Positions 1-11,178 are shown, numbered from the whole stretch's first letter. The stretch: DNA of 63,665 nucleotides, filler included, from Alphaproteobacteria bacterium (GCA_024280495.1; 4 parts of 4 records of this genome joined end to end with filler, not necessarily neighbours in it); one strand, 5' to 3'. Translations and numbers: made by a program. The notes: generated by a model from the sequence alone, not told the origin.

Positions 1-523
1 CATTGGCAAGTAGGTTAGGAAACCTCGTTGGCATAACTTTGGGTTCAGTTGTTTCACCGTTATAGGTCGCCATAAAGTCAACGGCATCCTCGTTAATACC
101 ATCCACAATCTCCATGGCAGCTGGCGATAAACGCGCCTCAGTATAACGCATAGCAGCGGCATTATCCCCATCAATATTACCAAAATTTCCTTGGCCATCT
201 ACCAACATATAACGGGTGGAGAAATCTTGTGCCATACGCACCATGGCATCATAAATGGAAGAGTCACCATGGGGGTGGTATTTCATCATGACGTACCCAA
301 CGGCACTGGCTGATTTGCGATAAGTTTTTTCAGGTGTATTGCCTGATTCGCGCATGGCATATAAAATACGACGGTGAACGGGTTTTAATCCATCACGTAC
401 ATCGGGAAGGGAACGCGCCGTAATAGTCGAAAGAGCATAGGCGAGATAGCGTTCGCCAAGGGCTTTGTCAAGGGGTTCTTGAATGACATTTTGCGTTGCG
501 TCTCTATCTTCTCTATGGGTCAT
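1..523 (-). CDS. parC: DNA topoisomerase IV subunit A, N-terminal part (runs off window start)
   Basis: My translation from ATG 523 gives ...[29 protein letters not shown]...YHPHGD...[21 protein letters not shown]. The YALSTI signature and position after recO match alphaproteobacterial parC rather than gyrA. Confidence 0.9.
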   Translation of the reverse strand, partial: MTHREDRDATQNVIQEPLDKALGERYLAYALSTITARSLPDVRDGLKPVHRRILYAMRESGNTPEKTYRKSASAVGYVMMKYHPHGDSSIYDAMVRMAQDFSTRYMLVDGQGNFGNIDGDNAAAMRYTEARLSPAAMEIVDGINEDAVDFMATYNGETTEPKVMPTRFPNLLAN

Positions 524-532
524 TTGTATCTT

Positions 533-1300
533 CTATGCTATTTGCGCTCGTTGATTTGTCGGGTCAGTTTTTTTCAAAGCCGCATGTAATTGAGTACGGG
601 CTTTGGGCATATCACCATCATGGGAATTAAAAACACACCTCATTAGAAAATACCCTGATAATTCCAGGGCTGCAAGGATTTCTTGGCGTTCTATTGGTGT
701 TGATGTTGACTCTTTTAAAAAAGCTGGCAAAGGTAATAATTTATCCTTATAAGGCTCCCCTGCTTCACGACTCACGGCGCGCCCCGTTTTAGGTGAAACA
801 TAAGTGAGATTATGGGTTACTCCTGTGCCTGCGCACCTTGAAAAATCAAGTTTTAAGGCCGTTTGCTCCAATAAAAAAAGTTCAAAGTAACAATAAGGCT
901 TGAGCCATTTTTGATTTTTCTCCCCATGGTATTCAACCATATCATGTAAAACATGTAAAAAAGCTGTGTAAACGGGAAGTGCATTCTCACGCTCAGGAAG
1001 TGTTTTTAGGGCAAGGTTGCACATGGCATTTAAACCCTTTAATGCAAGGGAATTAGCTAATATTTCTGCAATGGGGCTAAATGTTGGTTCAAGGCTCCAT
1101 GTGCCGAGATGGTCTGACAAACGTGCTTTCCACGTTGCTTGGACACAAGTACCTGGCTCAATCAAAGATTTAGTCGCCCTAGTCCCTCGAAAGACCCCTT
1201 TATGAAGACCATGGGTTTCCGTCAAAAGGGTGACAATAAACTGACGTTCCCCAAGGCGTTTTGAGGTAAGAACAAGGGCGCTATCTTGAAAAGTGATCAT
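533..1300 (-). CDS. recO: DNA repair protein RecO
   Basis: WKARLSDHLG and LTYVSPKTGRAVS..AGEPYKDKLLPLP motifs; era-recO synteny. Confidence 0.95.
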   Translation of the reverse strand: MITFQDSALVLTSKRLGERQFIVTLLTETHGLHKGVFRGTRATKSLIEPGTCVQATWKARLSDHLGTWSLEPTFSPIAEILANSLALKGLNAMCNLALKTLPERENALPVYTAFLHVLHDMVEYHGEKNQKWLKPYCYFELFLLEQTALKLDFSRCAGTGVTHNLTYVSPKTGRAVSREAGEPYKDKLLPLPAFLKESTSTPIERQEILAALELSGYFLMRCVFNSHDGDMPKARTQLHAALKKTDPTNQRAQIA

Positions 1301-1309
1301 GCAAAGAAC

Positions 1310-2221
1310 TTATACGTTAAAATCGAGCCCCATTATTTCATAATTTTCTTTATTTTCAGACCAGTTTTTTGTGACACGAACATGGCTTTTTATATGAACA
1401 TCACATCCCATTAAATAAGACAATTCTTTTCGAGCAGCCTCGCCAATTTCTCTAATTTTAGTCCCGCCTTTGCCAAGAACCATACCTTTCTGTGACTCTC
1501 TAGATACGTGAATAATTTGAGAAATTTTCACATCACCATTATCAAACTGTTCCCAACTTTCTGTTTCCACATGAATGGCATAGGGAAGTTCTTGATGAAG
1601 GAATTTATAAACTTTTTCCCGCGTAATTTCAGCCGCCAATAAACGCGATGGCATATCAGTCATTTGATCTTCGGGAAATAACCAAGGACCTTCGGGCAAG
1701 GTTTTCGTTGCATAAGTTAACAAGTCATCCAACCCCTTAGCTTTTAAAGCAGAAATTAAAAACACTTCGTCAAAAGGGTGTGCTGTGGTGAAGGCTTCAA
1801 TTCTGGATAACAATTCTGGCTTTGATACGAGATCAATCTTATTAATGACGAGAGCAAGGGGAGACCCTTTGGGAAAGTTTGTTTTTTCAATAAGTTCAAG
1901 GTGTTCTTCAAAATGAGATTTCAAAGGATCCACCAGAACAAATGTCATATCTCCATCTTTTGGTGCCGTTAAAGCCGATGAAATCATGGCACGATCGAGG
2001 CGTTTTTTTGGTTTGAAATATCCTGGTGTGTCCACAAAAACAATTTGAGTTTTTTCGCGAATCATAATACCCAAAACACGTTGCCTGGTTGTTTGTACCT
2101 TATGAGAGACGATGGAAATCTTGCTCCCCACAAGGGCGTTCATCAATGTGGATTTCCCCACATTCGTTAGGCCAATAATGCTGACAAATCCAGCGCGTGT
2201 ATTATTTAATTCAGACGTCAT
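1310..2221 (-). CDS. era: GTPase Era
   Basis: GLTNVGKSTL, QTTR, DTPG, NKID, HQELPY and KH-domain GKGG; rnc-era-recO order. Confidence 0.97.
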   Translation of the reverse strand: MTSELNNTRAGFVSIIGLTNVGKSTLMNALVGSKISIVSHKVQTTRQRVLGIMIREKTQIVFVDTPGYFKPKKRLDRAMISSALTAPKDGDMTFVLVDPLKSHFEEHLELIEKTNFPKGSPLALVINKIDLVSKPELLSRIEAFTTAHPFDEVFLISALKAKGLDDLLTYATKTLPEGPWLFPEDQMTDMPSRLLAAEITREKVYKFLHQELPYAIHVETESWEQFDNGDVKISQIIHVSRESQKGMVLGKGGTKIREIGEAARKELSYLMGCDVHIKSHVRVTKNWSENKENYEIMGLDFNV

Positions 2222-2241
2222 TTAAATTTTACTCTACTTTT

Positions 2242-2949
2242 TTAATCTAGGGTCACTTGCGCCAACAAAACGATGGCAGCTTCTTTTTCAGCTTTTTTAC
2301 GGGATGATCCACTGGCCGTGGCCGTTAATTCTTTTCCCTTATAATATCCCAATGATACTTTCATATGAAATATCGGATCATGATCAGGTCCTTTTTGTTC
2401 TAATACAGTATAATTAGGAATTTCCAAGGCTTTACTGTGCCCCCATTCTTGAAGGGCTGATTTGGGATCCTTTGGTGCCACCGCAAGATCTAGGACCAAA
2501 TCCTTCCAATATTTTTGGATAATTTCTTTAGCAGGGGCCAATCCTGATTCAAGGTAAATAGCTCCTAAAATAGATTCAACCCCATCGGCTAAAATAGAGG
2601 GACGTTTATGGGCAAAGTTCTTAGATTCTGCCAGAATATAGTCCCCAAGGGACCAACTTTCAGCAACTTTCACAAGGGTTTCCATGGAAACTAACAGGCC
2701 GTGGCGCCTTGCCAAATGGCCTTCTTTGTCATGGGGATAAGCTTTATAAAGCATATCAGCAACACATAGACCAAGAACCCGATCCCCTAGAAATTCGAGA
2801 CGCTCATAACTGTTATGAGCAGCACTTTTAGCTTGGCTTGCACTGGCATGCAATAAAGCCTGGCGTAAAGAAGGTAAATCCTTAAATTTGTAATCAAGAA
2901 TTGCTTCAAGTTTTCCAAAGTTGGATTTAGGTGGGGAAGAAAGAGCCAC
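2242..2949 (-). CDS. rnc: Ribonuclease III
   Basis: ERLEFLGDRVLG signature; dsRBD DPKSALQEW...AEKEAA. Confidence 0.97.
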   Translation of the reverse strand: MALSSPPKSNFGKLEAILDYKFKDLPSLRQALLHASASQAKSAAHNSYERLEFLGDRVLGLCVADMLYKAYPHDKEGHLARRHGLLVSMETLVKVAESWSLGDYILAESKNFAHKRPSILADGVESILGAIYLESGLAPAKEIIQKYWKDLVLDLAVAPKDPKSALQEWGHSKALEIPNYTVLEQKGPDHDPIFHMKVSLGYYKGKELTATASGSSRKKAEKEAAIVLLAQVTLD

Positions 2950-2965
2950 GTTTTTAATTTATCTC

Positions 2966-3760
2966 TTAATCAATGGTTTTAAAAAGGCGTTTAAAGCGAA
3001 TGGAGATGGGCCATTTCCATATTTGCCACCATTGTGCCGTGGTCGAAAACCAAATAATACGCGCACGACCTATGATATGTGCCTCGGGAACGTAACCAAT
3101 TTGACGAAGAACGCGACTGTCCCCTGATTCATCACGATTATCACCCATCATGAAATAATGATTTTTAGGAACAACATAAGCTTGTGTATTATCCAACATG
3201 CCTTGGCCAAATTTTTCTTTCTTAAGAATAAAATGTTTAACCCCATTGGGCAGGGTTTCAACATAACGAGGGATATGACGTTGGCGATCTATTTCCACAA
3301 TACGCTTGTCCGCAAGCCCCCGTTGACGTTCAATCCAAAGATCATCTACAAAATCTTCATCAGGCTCCACAGGGCAGGTCACATCATTAATATAAAGGAT
3401 GCCATCGCGCATTTGTATAACATCACCTGGCAATCCAACAACGCGCTTAATGTAGTCTGTATCTGGATCAAAGGGCCCTCTAAAAACAACAACATCACCA
3501 ATTTTAGGTTTATCGAACTGAAGGATTCTCCCTGGAATCAAGGGCATACTGAACGGCAAAGCGTGCTTGGTGAACCCATAGGAATACTTAGAAACAAAGA
3601 GAAAATCTCCAATTTGTAAATTAGGTTTCATGGAACCAGATGGGATTACAAAAGGCTGGAATAAAAAGCTACGAATCAAGAGGGCAATAACAATTGCCCA
3701 CACAATGGATTTTGCTTCTTCAGCAACCGTTGGTTTTGATGATGTTTTTGACAAAGACAT
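2966..3760 (-). CDS. lepB: Signal peptidase I
   Basis: PFVIPSGSM, YIKRVVGLPGD, GDNRDESGDSR boxes. Confidence 0.97.
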   Translation of the reverse strand: MSLSKTSSKPTVAEEAKSIVWAIVIALLIRSFLFQPFVIPSGSMKPNLQIGDFLFVSKYSYGFTKHALPFSMPLIPGRILQFDKPKIGDVVVFRGPFDPDTDYIKRVVGLPGDVIQMRDGILYINDVTCPVEPDEDFVDDLWIERQRGLADKRIVEIDRQRHIPRYVETLPNGVKHFILKKEKFGQGMLDNTQAYVVPKNHYFMMGDNRDESGDSRVLRQIGYVPEAHIIGRARIIWFSTTAQWWQIWKWPISIRFKRLFKTID

Positions 3761-3870
3761 ATCCTAAAGGCCTTTTTTGAAATTTACTTTTCCAGATTAA
3801 CATAATAAACATTTAAAAGCACAGCAAAATGCAGAAGGAATCTACACAGTTTCGGCAGGTCAGAGACTGG

Positions 3871-4989
3871 TCAGGAATAAGTGCATCCAAAACGAAAATT
3901 TCTATGGATGTAAGTGGATAGAAAAACCCCAAGGCCAATGAGAAGTGAAATCATTGATGTGCCACCATAGGACATAAAGGGCAGAGGGACCCCCACAACG
4001 GGTAACATGCCCATGACCATTCCGATGTTAATGAAAACATAAAAGAAAATAAGAGCCTGGAACCCGATACCATAAAGTCTAGCGTAATAACTTTTACACT
4101 CAAGGCACATCTTTAATAGGGTAAGACTAAAAAAAACATATAAAAGAATCAAAAGGCTGCCACCAAAAAAGCCAAATTCCTCGGTAAAATGTGCAAAAAT
4201 AAAATCCGTTTGTTTTTCAGGTAGAAATTGTAACTGGCTTTGGGTTCCTTTTAAAAAGCCTTTACCCCATAAGCCACCAGATCCAATGGAAATTTTGGAC
4301 TGCATAATATGATATCCCGTTCCAAGGGGGTCGTTTTCTGGGTTTAAAAAGGTGAGAACACGTTTTTTTTGATAAGTATGCATATTTATCCATAAAAGGG
4401 GGAGGGCAGAAATGGCAAAACCTGTTGCCGTGAGGACTTTCCACATTTTAATACCCGCCATAAATATGACAACACTCCCCGTTGCAACTAGAATCAGCAT
4501 GGTTCCAAGGTCGGGCTGTCGCATCACGAGAATAGAAGGAAGGGCTATGAGACAAAGGGGAATAATATAGGTTCTAAGGCTTGAAAGGGCAGAGTGATTT
4601 TTATGGTGAAAATAATGGGCAAGAGCCATGATAAGGGTCACTTTGGTTAGCTCAGAGGGTTGAAGGTGAAAAAGCTTAAGGTCAATCCAGCGTTGTGCTC
4701 CCATGCCGATGTGGCCTTTTAATTCAACAAATATTAATAGAAAAATCGAAGCGCCGTAGAGAGCATAAGAATAAGTACGCCAAAGGCGCACGTCAATCAA
4801 AGCTATGATAATCATCAAGGTAAAACCAAGGAGGAAGCGAATAGCCTGTTTTGATGCCCAAGGGGAGAAGTGACCTCCTGCGGCGGAATATAAAGAGATA
4901 AGACCTATGCCAGTGATGCTCAGCAAAGAAAACAAGAGGTAGGGGTCTATTTTTTTTATTTTCTCAAGGAAAGAAGAGGCGTTATTCAT
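3871..4989 (-). CDS. rodA: Rod shape-determining protein RodA (SEDS family)
   Basis: GAQRW, QPSE, QPDLGT, GYHIMQSKISIGSGG, FLPEKQTDFIF, PFMSYGGTS. Confidence 0.95.
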   Translation of the reverse strand: MNNASSFLEKIKKIDPYLLFSLLSITGIGLISLYSAAGGHFSPWASKQAIRFLLGFTLMIIIALIDVRLWRTYSYALYGASIFLLIFVELKGHIGMGAQRWIDLKLFHLQPSELTKVTLIMALAHYFHHKNHSALSSLRTYIIPLCLIALPSILVMRQPDLGTMLILVATGSVVIFMAGIKMWKVLTATGFAISALPLLWINMHTYQKKRVLTFLNPENDPLGTGYHIMQSKISIGSGGLWGKGFLKGTQSQLQFLPEKQTDFIFAHFTEEFGFFGGSLLILLYVFFSLTLLKMCLECKSYYARLYGIGFQALIFFYVFINIGMVMGMLPVVGVPLPFMSYGGTSMISLLIGLGVFLSTYIHRNFRFGCTYS

Positions 4990-5090
4990 GGTCTTGTCTT
5001 CTTTTTTCTATTTTTTTTCAGTCTCTCTTTCCCTTTTAGTCTGGAAGTTGTAGAATAGCAAGAGATCTCAAAATACAAAGAGGAATCGTC

Positions 5091-7877
5091 TTGCTTAAAG
5101 TATTAAAATACCTAGGAACACTTATCTTAGCACTCTTGCTGCTATTGGCGATTTCTCCTTATTTCATCAGTCTTAATTCTTATAAATCAGAAATCACAAC
5201 CAAAGTAGACTCTTTAACGGGGCGAAAGCTTACCCTTAAAGGAGATATTACTTTTAGCGTCCTACCACGTCCCTATTTAAAATTATCGAATATTGAAGTC
5301 GCTTCCCTTCCAGAAAATAAAAAAGATGCTCTTGCCAAGGTGAAAGAGCTCAAGGTTATTTTATCTATTTTACCTTTATTCCGAGGGCAAATTCAAGTGG
5401 ATGAAATCGTTCTTAAAGAACCCAAAATTTTCCTCGAAATGATGTCAAGTAGTCCAGAACGCGGACAAGGTAATCGGGAAATAATGCTGGACCATGACCT
5501 AAAAACCTCAAAGAAAAAAGAAAAAACATTAGAAGAGACCCCGTCGCCTTTTCAGCTCCGCATTGAAAAGATTAAAATCAAGGACGGTAAGTTTTCTTAT
5601 CTTGACGGACATAATGATTATGAAGCGGAGGGAATTAATCTCAGCGTACGTTTGGAAAATTTGGAAGGTCCTTATGAGTTTGATCTCGAGCTTGAGACCC
5701 TATCCCAAAACATTTCTGCGAAAGGAAAAATAGGTGCATTGACTTATGGCGAGCCCATGCCCGTGAATTTTGTATTAAAGGCTTTTGGCAATAAGGCCAA
5801 AGTGATCGGTCATGTGGACCTGGTAAAAAAATCCCTTAATTCTGACTTAATACTAGAGGGGAAACTATCTTCGTTGAAGTCGTTACTTCCCTCATTAAAT
5901 TTGCCAAAAACCTTAAAAGAAAAATATGTTTTATCTTCTAAATTAACGGTCTCATCAACTTCTTTTCGTTTGGACGATATAACTTTTTCATTACCACCAT
6001 TTCAGGCCAATGGCGCTTTAGATATGGAATTGGCTCCAATGAGCGGTGCTCTAAAACTACATTTGATGCCAGGTGATGTGCGCATTACTTTGAAACCAAG
6101 CTCGAGGTATTCTGGTGCATTTTCAGGAAGTTTTGCCATTAAGGCTAGAAAATCTCGCAATTTACTCCAGGCTCTTGATGTTCCTTTAAAAGATTTACCT
6201 ACCTTTGTACAGGATGCATTCTCCTTGAAAACAGATTTTTCCTATGAAGATAAAAATATTTCTTTGAAAAATATTGATTTAGATGTGGGTAAAGCAAGGC
6301 TTAATGGCGATTTTTCTGTAAAAAACTGGGGTGATAAAGGCTCTTATCGTTATGAGTTGCAAACGGCTGATATTCCTGCATTGGCGCGCCTTTTTGATGT
6401 TTCATTACCAAAAAATCTGGGGCCCATGAAATTAAAGGGAACGGCATTGGGAGCATTATCATCTCTTCGTTTGACATCTAATATTCATGCAGCAGGTGCT
6501 ACTATATCTGTGGATGGAAAATTAGAAATGAAAGACAAAAGCATTAAACCTCACATGAAGATTTCAGCAAAAGGTAAAAATCTTTCTAGAACGTTGATGC
6601 ATTTGGATGTGACGACACCGCCTAAAAGATTGACTTCCTTTGGTATTACGGCACACCTAGCGGGAGATGTACCCCAACGACTTAAAGTGCAACTGGAAAA
6701 ATTTCATGTACGCATGCATAATGAGACGTTAACTTTTGCTGGAAATATGGATTTGTTTCTAGCACGCACAAAACCAAAAATATCGGCAAAATTAACTTTA
6801 TCTAAACTTGATCTAGATCGTTTGATCGCAAATTTTGAAAGAGAAAATCAAAATCTGATCCAGGTTTCTAGAACGCCTCTAAAAGTAAAAAAACCAAAAA
6901 AATTAAGATGGAGTCATAAAAAAATAGACCTTGAGGTTTTGAAAAGTTTTGATGGCGATATTTCTTTATCGGCGCCTCAATTGAAAAAAGGGTCTCTTGT
7001 TTTTGATGATTTAAAAACAACGTTACGGGTTGCCAATGGTATCTTGGATGTCAGTGATTTAACGGGGAATTTATATGGGGGTAAATTAACCTTAAAGGCT
7101 CGTGTGTCCTCGCAAAAAGGCCAACCCATCACTTTAACGGCACATCTCAAGAATGCGCAGCTTAAGAACATTTCACCTTCTGATGCATCCATTAAAATTA
7201 TAAAAGGTCAATTCAGTTTGGATGCGGATATTACCACAAGTGGTCAAAGCATGTATCAATATGTATCAAATCTGGCAGGATCTATGAATTTTAAGGGGTC
7301 CTCTGGTCGTATTAGTGGTTTTGATCTTGACCGTGTTGTGAATGATTTAGAATCTTCACGAAATATCGGATCAGCCCTTCATCTATTGAATACGGCATTT
7401 TCAGGTGGCACAACGAATTTCAAATCTATCAATGCGGTGACGATAATTTCAAAGGGTATTGTTCGAATCAAAAAATTCGATCTTGATGCCATTAAGGCCA
7501 AAGTCACAGCAAAAGGAAGTTTTTCATTACCAGCCTATAAAATGACTTTGTCTGCCCATGTTGTTTTGGATGCAAAAGATATTCCTCCTTTTGATGTTGA
7601 TTTTTATGGACCTCTAGATAATCCTGGGCATACTATTAAAGCATCGGCTTTAAAACAATATTTTGTGCAGAACGTCATTGGTGGCATAGTGGATAATATC
7701 AACAATGGTGATGGAGGCACTACTAATATTTTGAACAGTGTCTTTGGGGTGCAGCAACAAAAAAAAGAGACGGAAAATCAACCAAAACAGCAACAAAAAA
7801 CTGAAATAAAACCACAGCCTCCCTTGGAAAAAGCCGTAGAAAAAGCTGTGGGTGATATTTTGAATAACTTATTTTAA
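5091..7877 (+). CDS. AsmA family protein (lipid-bridge-like periplasmic protein)
   Basis: N-terminal TM anchor then YK..I...V...TGR.L.L.GDI.F.VLP.P; beta-rich body; LYGG motif and C-terminal AsmA-type region. Confidence 0.85.
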   Translation: MLKVLKYLGTLILALLLLLAISPYFISLNSYKSEITTKVDSLTGRKLTLKGDITFSVLPRPYLKLSNIEVASLPENKKDALAKVKELKVILSILPLFRGQIQVDEIVLKEPKIFLEMMSSSPERGQGNREIMLDHDLKTSKKKEKTLEETPSPFQLRIEKIKIKDGKFSYLDGHNDYEAEGINLSVRLENLEGPYEFDLELETLSQNISAKGKIGALTYGEPMPVNFVLKAFGNKAKVIGHVDLVKKSLNSDLILEGKLSSLKSLLPSLNLPKTLKEKYVLSSKLTVSSTSFRLDDITFSLPPFQANGALDMELAPMSGALKLHLMPGDVRITLKPSSRYSGAFSGSFAIKARKSRNLLQALDVPLKDLPTFVQDAFSLKTDFSYEDKNISLKNIDLDVGKARLNGDFSVKNWGDKGSYRYELQTADIPALARLFDVSLPKNLGPMKLKGTALGALSSLRLTSNIHAAGATISVDGKLEMKDKSIKPHMKISAKGKNLSRTLMHLDVTTPPKRLTSFGITAHLAGDVPQRLKVQLEKFHVRMHNETLTFAGNMDLFLARTKPKISAKLTLSKLDLDRLIANFERENQNLIQVSRTPLKVKKPKKLRWSHKKIDLEVLKSFDGDISLSAPQLKKGSLVFDDLKTTLRVANGILDVSDLTGNLYGGKLTLKARVSSQKGQPITLTAHLKNAQLKNISPSDASIKIIKGQFSLDADITTSGQSMYQYVSNLAGSMNFKGSSGRISGFDLDRVVNDLESSRNIGSALHLLNTAFSGGTTNFKSINAVTIISKGIVRIKKFDLDAIKAKVTAKGSFSLPAYKMTLSAHVVLDAKDIPPFDVDFYGPLDNPGHTIKASALKQYFVQNVIGGIVDNINNGDGGTTNILNSVFGVQQQKKETENQPKQQQKTEIKPQPPLEKAVEKAVGDILNNLF

Positions 7878-7887
7878 AGCTTAAGGC

Positions 7888-9288
7888 ATGAAAATTTTGA
7901 CTCAATTTATTGCATTTCTTATTCTGTGCTCTTTGCCCTGCAACGCGTCGGGCCTTGAGGGTGCCACTATGTCCCTTATGTGGGCAGTACCATTTTGTGG
8001 TATTTTGCTTTCTCTTGCGGTTATGCCACTAATTTTACCAAATTTTTGGCATGCACACTTTGGCAAGGTATCCTTTGCGTGGGCCCTCGTGACATTGTTT
8101 ATGATTACCGTGGAATTTGGAATCATGGCAACGGTTGGCGAAGTATTGGATACGTATCTTCATCACTTTATTCCCTTTATTATTTTTATTTTTTCTCTTT
8201 ATGTCATTGCAGGGGGCATAAAAATTGATATTTTAACCAAGGCTAACCCTTATTTTAATACATTTTACTTGGCAGTAACGACCTTTGTCGCCAGTTGGAT
8301 TGGAACAACGGGGGCGGCTATGTTATTTATCAGACCTTTTTTACATGTAAATCAAAACCGTCAAAGTAAACGTCACCTGGTTATCTTTTTCATTTTTTTG
8401 GTGTGTAATATTGGAGGGTCTTTGACAGCCGTTGGAGATCCCCCTTTATTTCTTGGATTTTTAAATGGTATTGATTTCTTTTGGCCAACGACGCATTTAT
8501 TCGGACCTTTTTTAACGGTCACTGTACCTCTGTTAGTGATATTTTATTTTCTTGATACTTATAAATTCAAAAAAGATGGCATGGCTTATCATTACTCTGA
8601 AGAAGATGACCGTTTTATTGTAAAGCTTGGGGGGCGTCGTAATTTTTTATACTTACTTATGGCTATCGCTGCTATTATTTTTTCTGGTATTTGGGAAACG
8701 GATTTAAGCGTGACAATTTATAAAACCCATTTGAAAGCTCCAGATATCATACGGGATTTGATTTTAATTGCCCTTGCCATTTTATCTCTATCAAAGGGCA
8801 ATAAACGTGTGCGAGAGGAAAATAAATTTTCATGGGAACCATTCCTGGAAGTTTTCAAGGTATTTGCTGCAATTTTTATTACAGCGGCGCCAGTCATCGC
8901 CATGTTAAAAGTCGGAGATACGGGCGCTTTTTCAAGTCTGGTCGCCCTTGTGAATACAGATCAAGGTCCTAATAATATGCTCTATTTCTGGATCACAGGA
9001 GGACTATCATCGGTTTTAGATAACGCGCCAACATATCTTGTCTTTTTTAACTTAGCTGGCGGCGACCCCATTTCTCTGATGACCACTCAAGCAAAAACAT
9101 TGTTGGCAGTCTCTGCAGGGTCCGTTTTTATGGGAGCCATGACCTATATCGGAAATGCACCAAATTTTATGATCAAATCAATTGCTGAAAAAGAACAAAT
9201 AGCCATGCCGTCATTTTTTGGTTATATGCTTTGGTCTTGCGGTATTCTTCTTCCTATCTTTATTATCGTTAGTTTATTGTGGATTTAA
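7888..9288 (+). CDS. Putative sodium:proton antiporter / CitMHS-like ion-transporter superfamily protein
   Basis: About 12 TM segments; IGTTGAAM, NIGGSLT..GDPPLFLG, SSVLDNAPTY, TYIGNAPN motifs. Confidence 0.85.
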   Translation: MKILTQFIAFLILCSLPCNASGLEGATMSLMWAVPFCGILLSLAVMPLILPNFWHAHFGKVSFAWALVTLFMITVEFGIMATVGEVLDTYLHHFIPFIIFIFSLYVIAGGIKIDILTKANPYFNTFYLAVTTFVASWIGTTGAAMLFIRPFLHVNQNRQSKRHLVIFFIFLVCNIGGSLTAVGDPPLFLGFLNGIDFFWPTTHLFGPFLTVTVPLLVIFYFLDTYKFKKDGMAYHYSEEDDRFIVKLGGRRNFLYLLMAIAAIIFSGIWETDLSVTIYKTHLKAPDIIRDLILIALAILSLSKGNKRVREENKFSWEPFLEVFKVFAAIFITAAPVIAMLKVGDTGAFSSLVALVNTDQGPNNMLYFWITGGLSSVLDNAPTYLVFFNLAGGDPISLMTTQAKTLLAVSAGSVFMGAMTYIGNAPNFMIKSIAEKEQIAMPSFFGYMLWSCGILLPIFIIVSLLWI

Positions 9289-10147
9289 CGTCGTCAAATA
9301 TCATTTGATGACGGAACCAAGTTTGTTGACGCTTGATGTACTGCCTGGTCGTAATCAAAGATCGTTCAAATGCTTCTTCTTTGGTTAAATTACCCTCAAT
9401 ATAGGCCTTGATTTCACGAACGCCAACGGCTTTATAAAGGGGTACGTCCTTTTGGATGCATTGGGTTAATAGGTGTTGGACTTCTTCGATGGCTCCCTCC
9501 TTAAACATTTCTCTTAAACGTTTTTCTGCTCTTGCAACAACCATCGCGCGGTCAGGATTCAATAAAATTTTATGAACGGAATAGGGAAGGGGGGTTGCAG
9601 GTTGAGATTGCCAATGGGCTAATGTTTTTCCCGTGGATAAAGCAACTTCAAGGGCTCTAACTATGCGTTGAGTATCATTGGATTTTAAAATTCTATGGGC
9701 TCTGGGGTCTTTTTGAGAGAGTTCTTGATAAAGGGAGTCAAGGCCATCTGAGTCAAGGGAGCGCCCTCGTAAATCCTCCCTTATTTGAGGAGTTATTTCA
9801 GGCACAGGACTTAACCCCTCGAACAAAGCCTTTGCATAAAGTCCCGTGCCACCAACAATAATAGGTTTTTTTTTTTGTAAAAGCGCCTTTTCAATCTCTA
9901 TGATGACCTCATGACGCCACCTAGCAACGGAATAATGTTCATTTGGATCTTGAATATGGCCATATAATCGATGGGGTGCTTTGGTGAGGACCTCCCCGTG
10001 GGGCCGCGCTGTTAAAAGTTGCAGGGAAGCATAAACCTGCATACTATCGGCATTAATTAATATGCCGTTATTATTTAGAGCCTGTTCTAGGGCATGGGCT
10101 GATTTTCCGCTGGCCGTTGGCCCTGCAATATAAATAAGATCAGGCAT
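9269..10147 (-). CDS. miaA: tRNA dimethylallyltransferase
   Basis: GPTASGKS, INADSMQVY, VGGTGLY, TRQYIKRQQTW. Confidence 0.97.
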   Translation of the reverse strand: MPDLIYIAGPTASGKSAHALEQALNNNGILINADSMQVYASLQLLTARPHGEVLTKAPHRLYGHIQDPNEHYSVARWRHEVIIEIEKALLQKKKPIIVGGTGLYAKALFEGLSPVPEITPQIREDLRGRSLDSDGLDSLYQELSQKDPRAHRILKSNDTQRIVRALEVALSTGKTLAHWQSQPATPLPYSVHKILLNPDRAMVVARAEKRLREMFKEGAIEEVQHLLTQCIQKDVPLYKAVGVREIKAYIEGNLTKEEAFERSLITTRQYIKRQQTWFRHQMIFDDVKSTIN

Positions 10148-10149
10148 TA

Positions 10150-11124
10150 TTATGAGTCACTATGTTTTTTGTCACTGGAATTAGAGAGTTTTGGGAATTC
10201 TTTTGCCTTTTCAAAAACAAGAGTCGCCCATTCACTTCGGAGAGTCTCTGAAATAAGACAAACGTTATCATCCTGGTAAGCCTTTTTAACCCCTGCCACT
10301 TGATGGTCTAAAATGCCTGATAAAATCAATGTGCCACCGGATTTCAAACATCGTTTTAGTTCTTGTGCCATATCCATTAAAGGGCCCGCTAAGATATTAG
10401 CAATAATCAAGTCAAAGGGCATTTTTTTTTGAAGATCGGAATTTTGAAAGCCATCGGCTAGCAACACATTAATTTTATTTCCCAAATCATTTTCAATGGC
10501 GTTATATTTTGTTTTTTCAACGGCTTCCACATCAAGATCTGTGGCCAGAACCTTAACATCAAACAGCTTTGAAATTGCCATGGCAAGAATCCCCGTCCCC
10601 GTTCCAAGGTCCAAAGGGTTTTGAGGATTAAGTCCTTGGGATTTTAAATCTTGCAAGGCCTGCAAACATCCATGGGTTGTGCCGTGATTTCCTGTACCAA
10701 AAGCTGTGGAAGCATCAATTTTTAAGGTAATATTTTTTTGAGATTTTGGTGCCTTAATATGAGATCCATAAATATAGAATCCTGCAATTTCAAGGGCAGG
10801 AAATTGCCTGCGGTTTTCCGCAAGCCAATCAATATCAGGCAATTTTTCAATGGACATTTCATAAGGTAACTTAAGACCTTTTTGAGTTAATAAGGTATCA
10901 CTCATTGAATCAATAACACGACGTAAATCATTTTCCTGGGGCTCGCTTTCCAGGGTTCCTTCCAAAGTCCACAGCATTTGATCTTTTTTATCTTCGAAAA
11001 GAGAGACTATCATCGTCCCATACTTTGCCATGCCATCTGAGGTTGCCGTCAAGATACCACCCAATTCATCGGCCAAAATATAAGCTAAATCTTTTTCTGT
11101 TTTAATATGAAATTTCCAAATCAT
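10150..11124 (-). CDS. prmA: Ribosomal protein L11 methyltransferase
   Basis: AFGTGNHGTT, LDLGTGTGIL, DLIIANILA, ILSGIL. Confidence 0.92.
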   Translation of the reverse strand: MIWKFHIKTEKDLAYILADELGGILTATSDGMAKYGTMIVSLFEDKKDQMLWTLEGTLESEPQENDLRRVIDSMSDTLLTQKGLKLPYEMSIEKLPDIDWLAENRRQFPALEIAGFYIYGSHIKAPKSQKNITLKIDASTAFGTGNHGTTHGCLQALQDLKSQGLNPQNPLDLGTGTGILAMAISKLFDVKVLATDLDVEAVEKTKYNAIENDLGNKINVLLADGFQNSDLQKKMPFDLIIANILAGPLMDMAQELKRCLKSGGTLILSGILDHQVAGVKKAYQDDNVCLISETLRSEWATLVFEKAKEFPKLSNSSDKKHSDS

Positions 11125-11178
11125 TTTTATCTCTTTCTTTGAATTTTAGGGGGTGGCTTTGCATTTTGGAGGCTGGCT

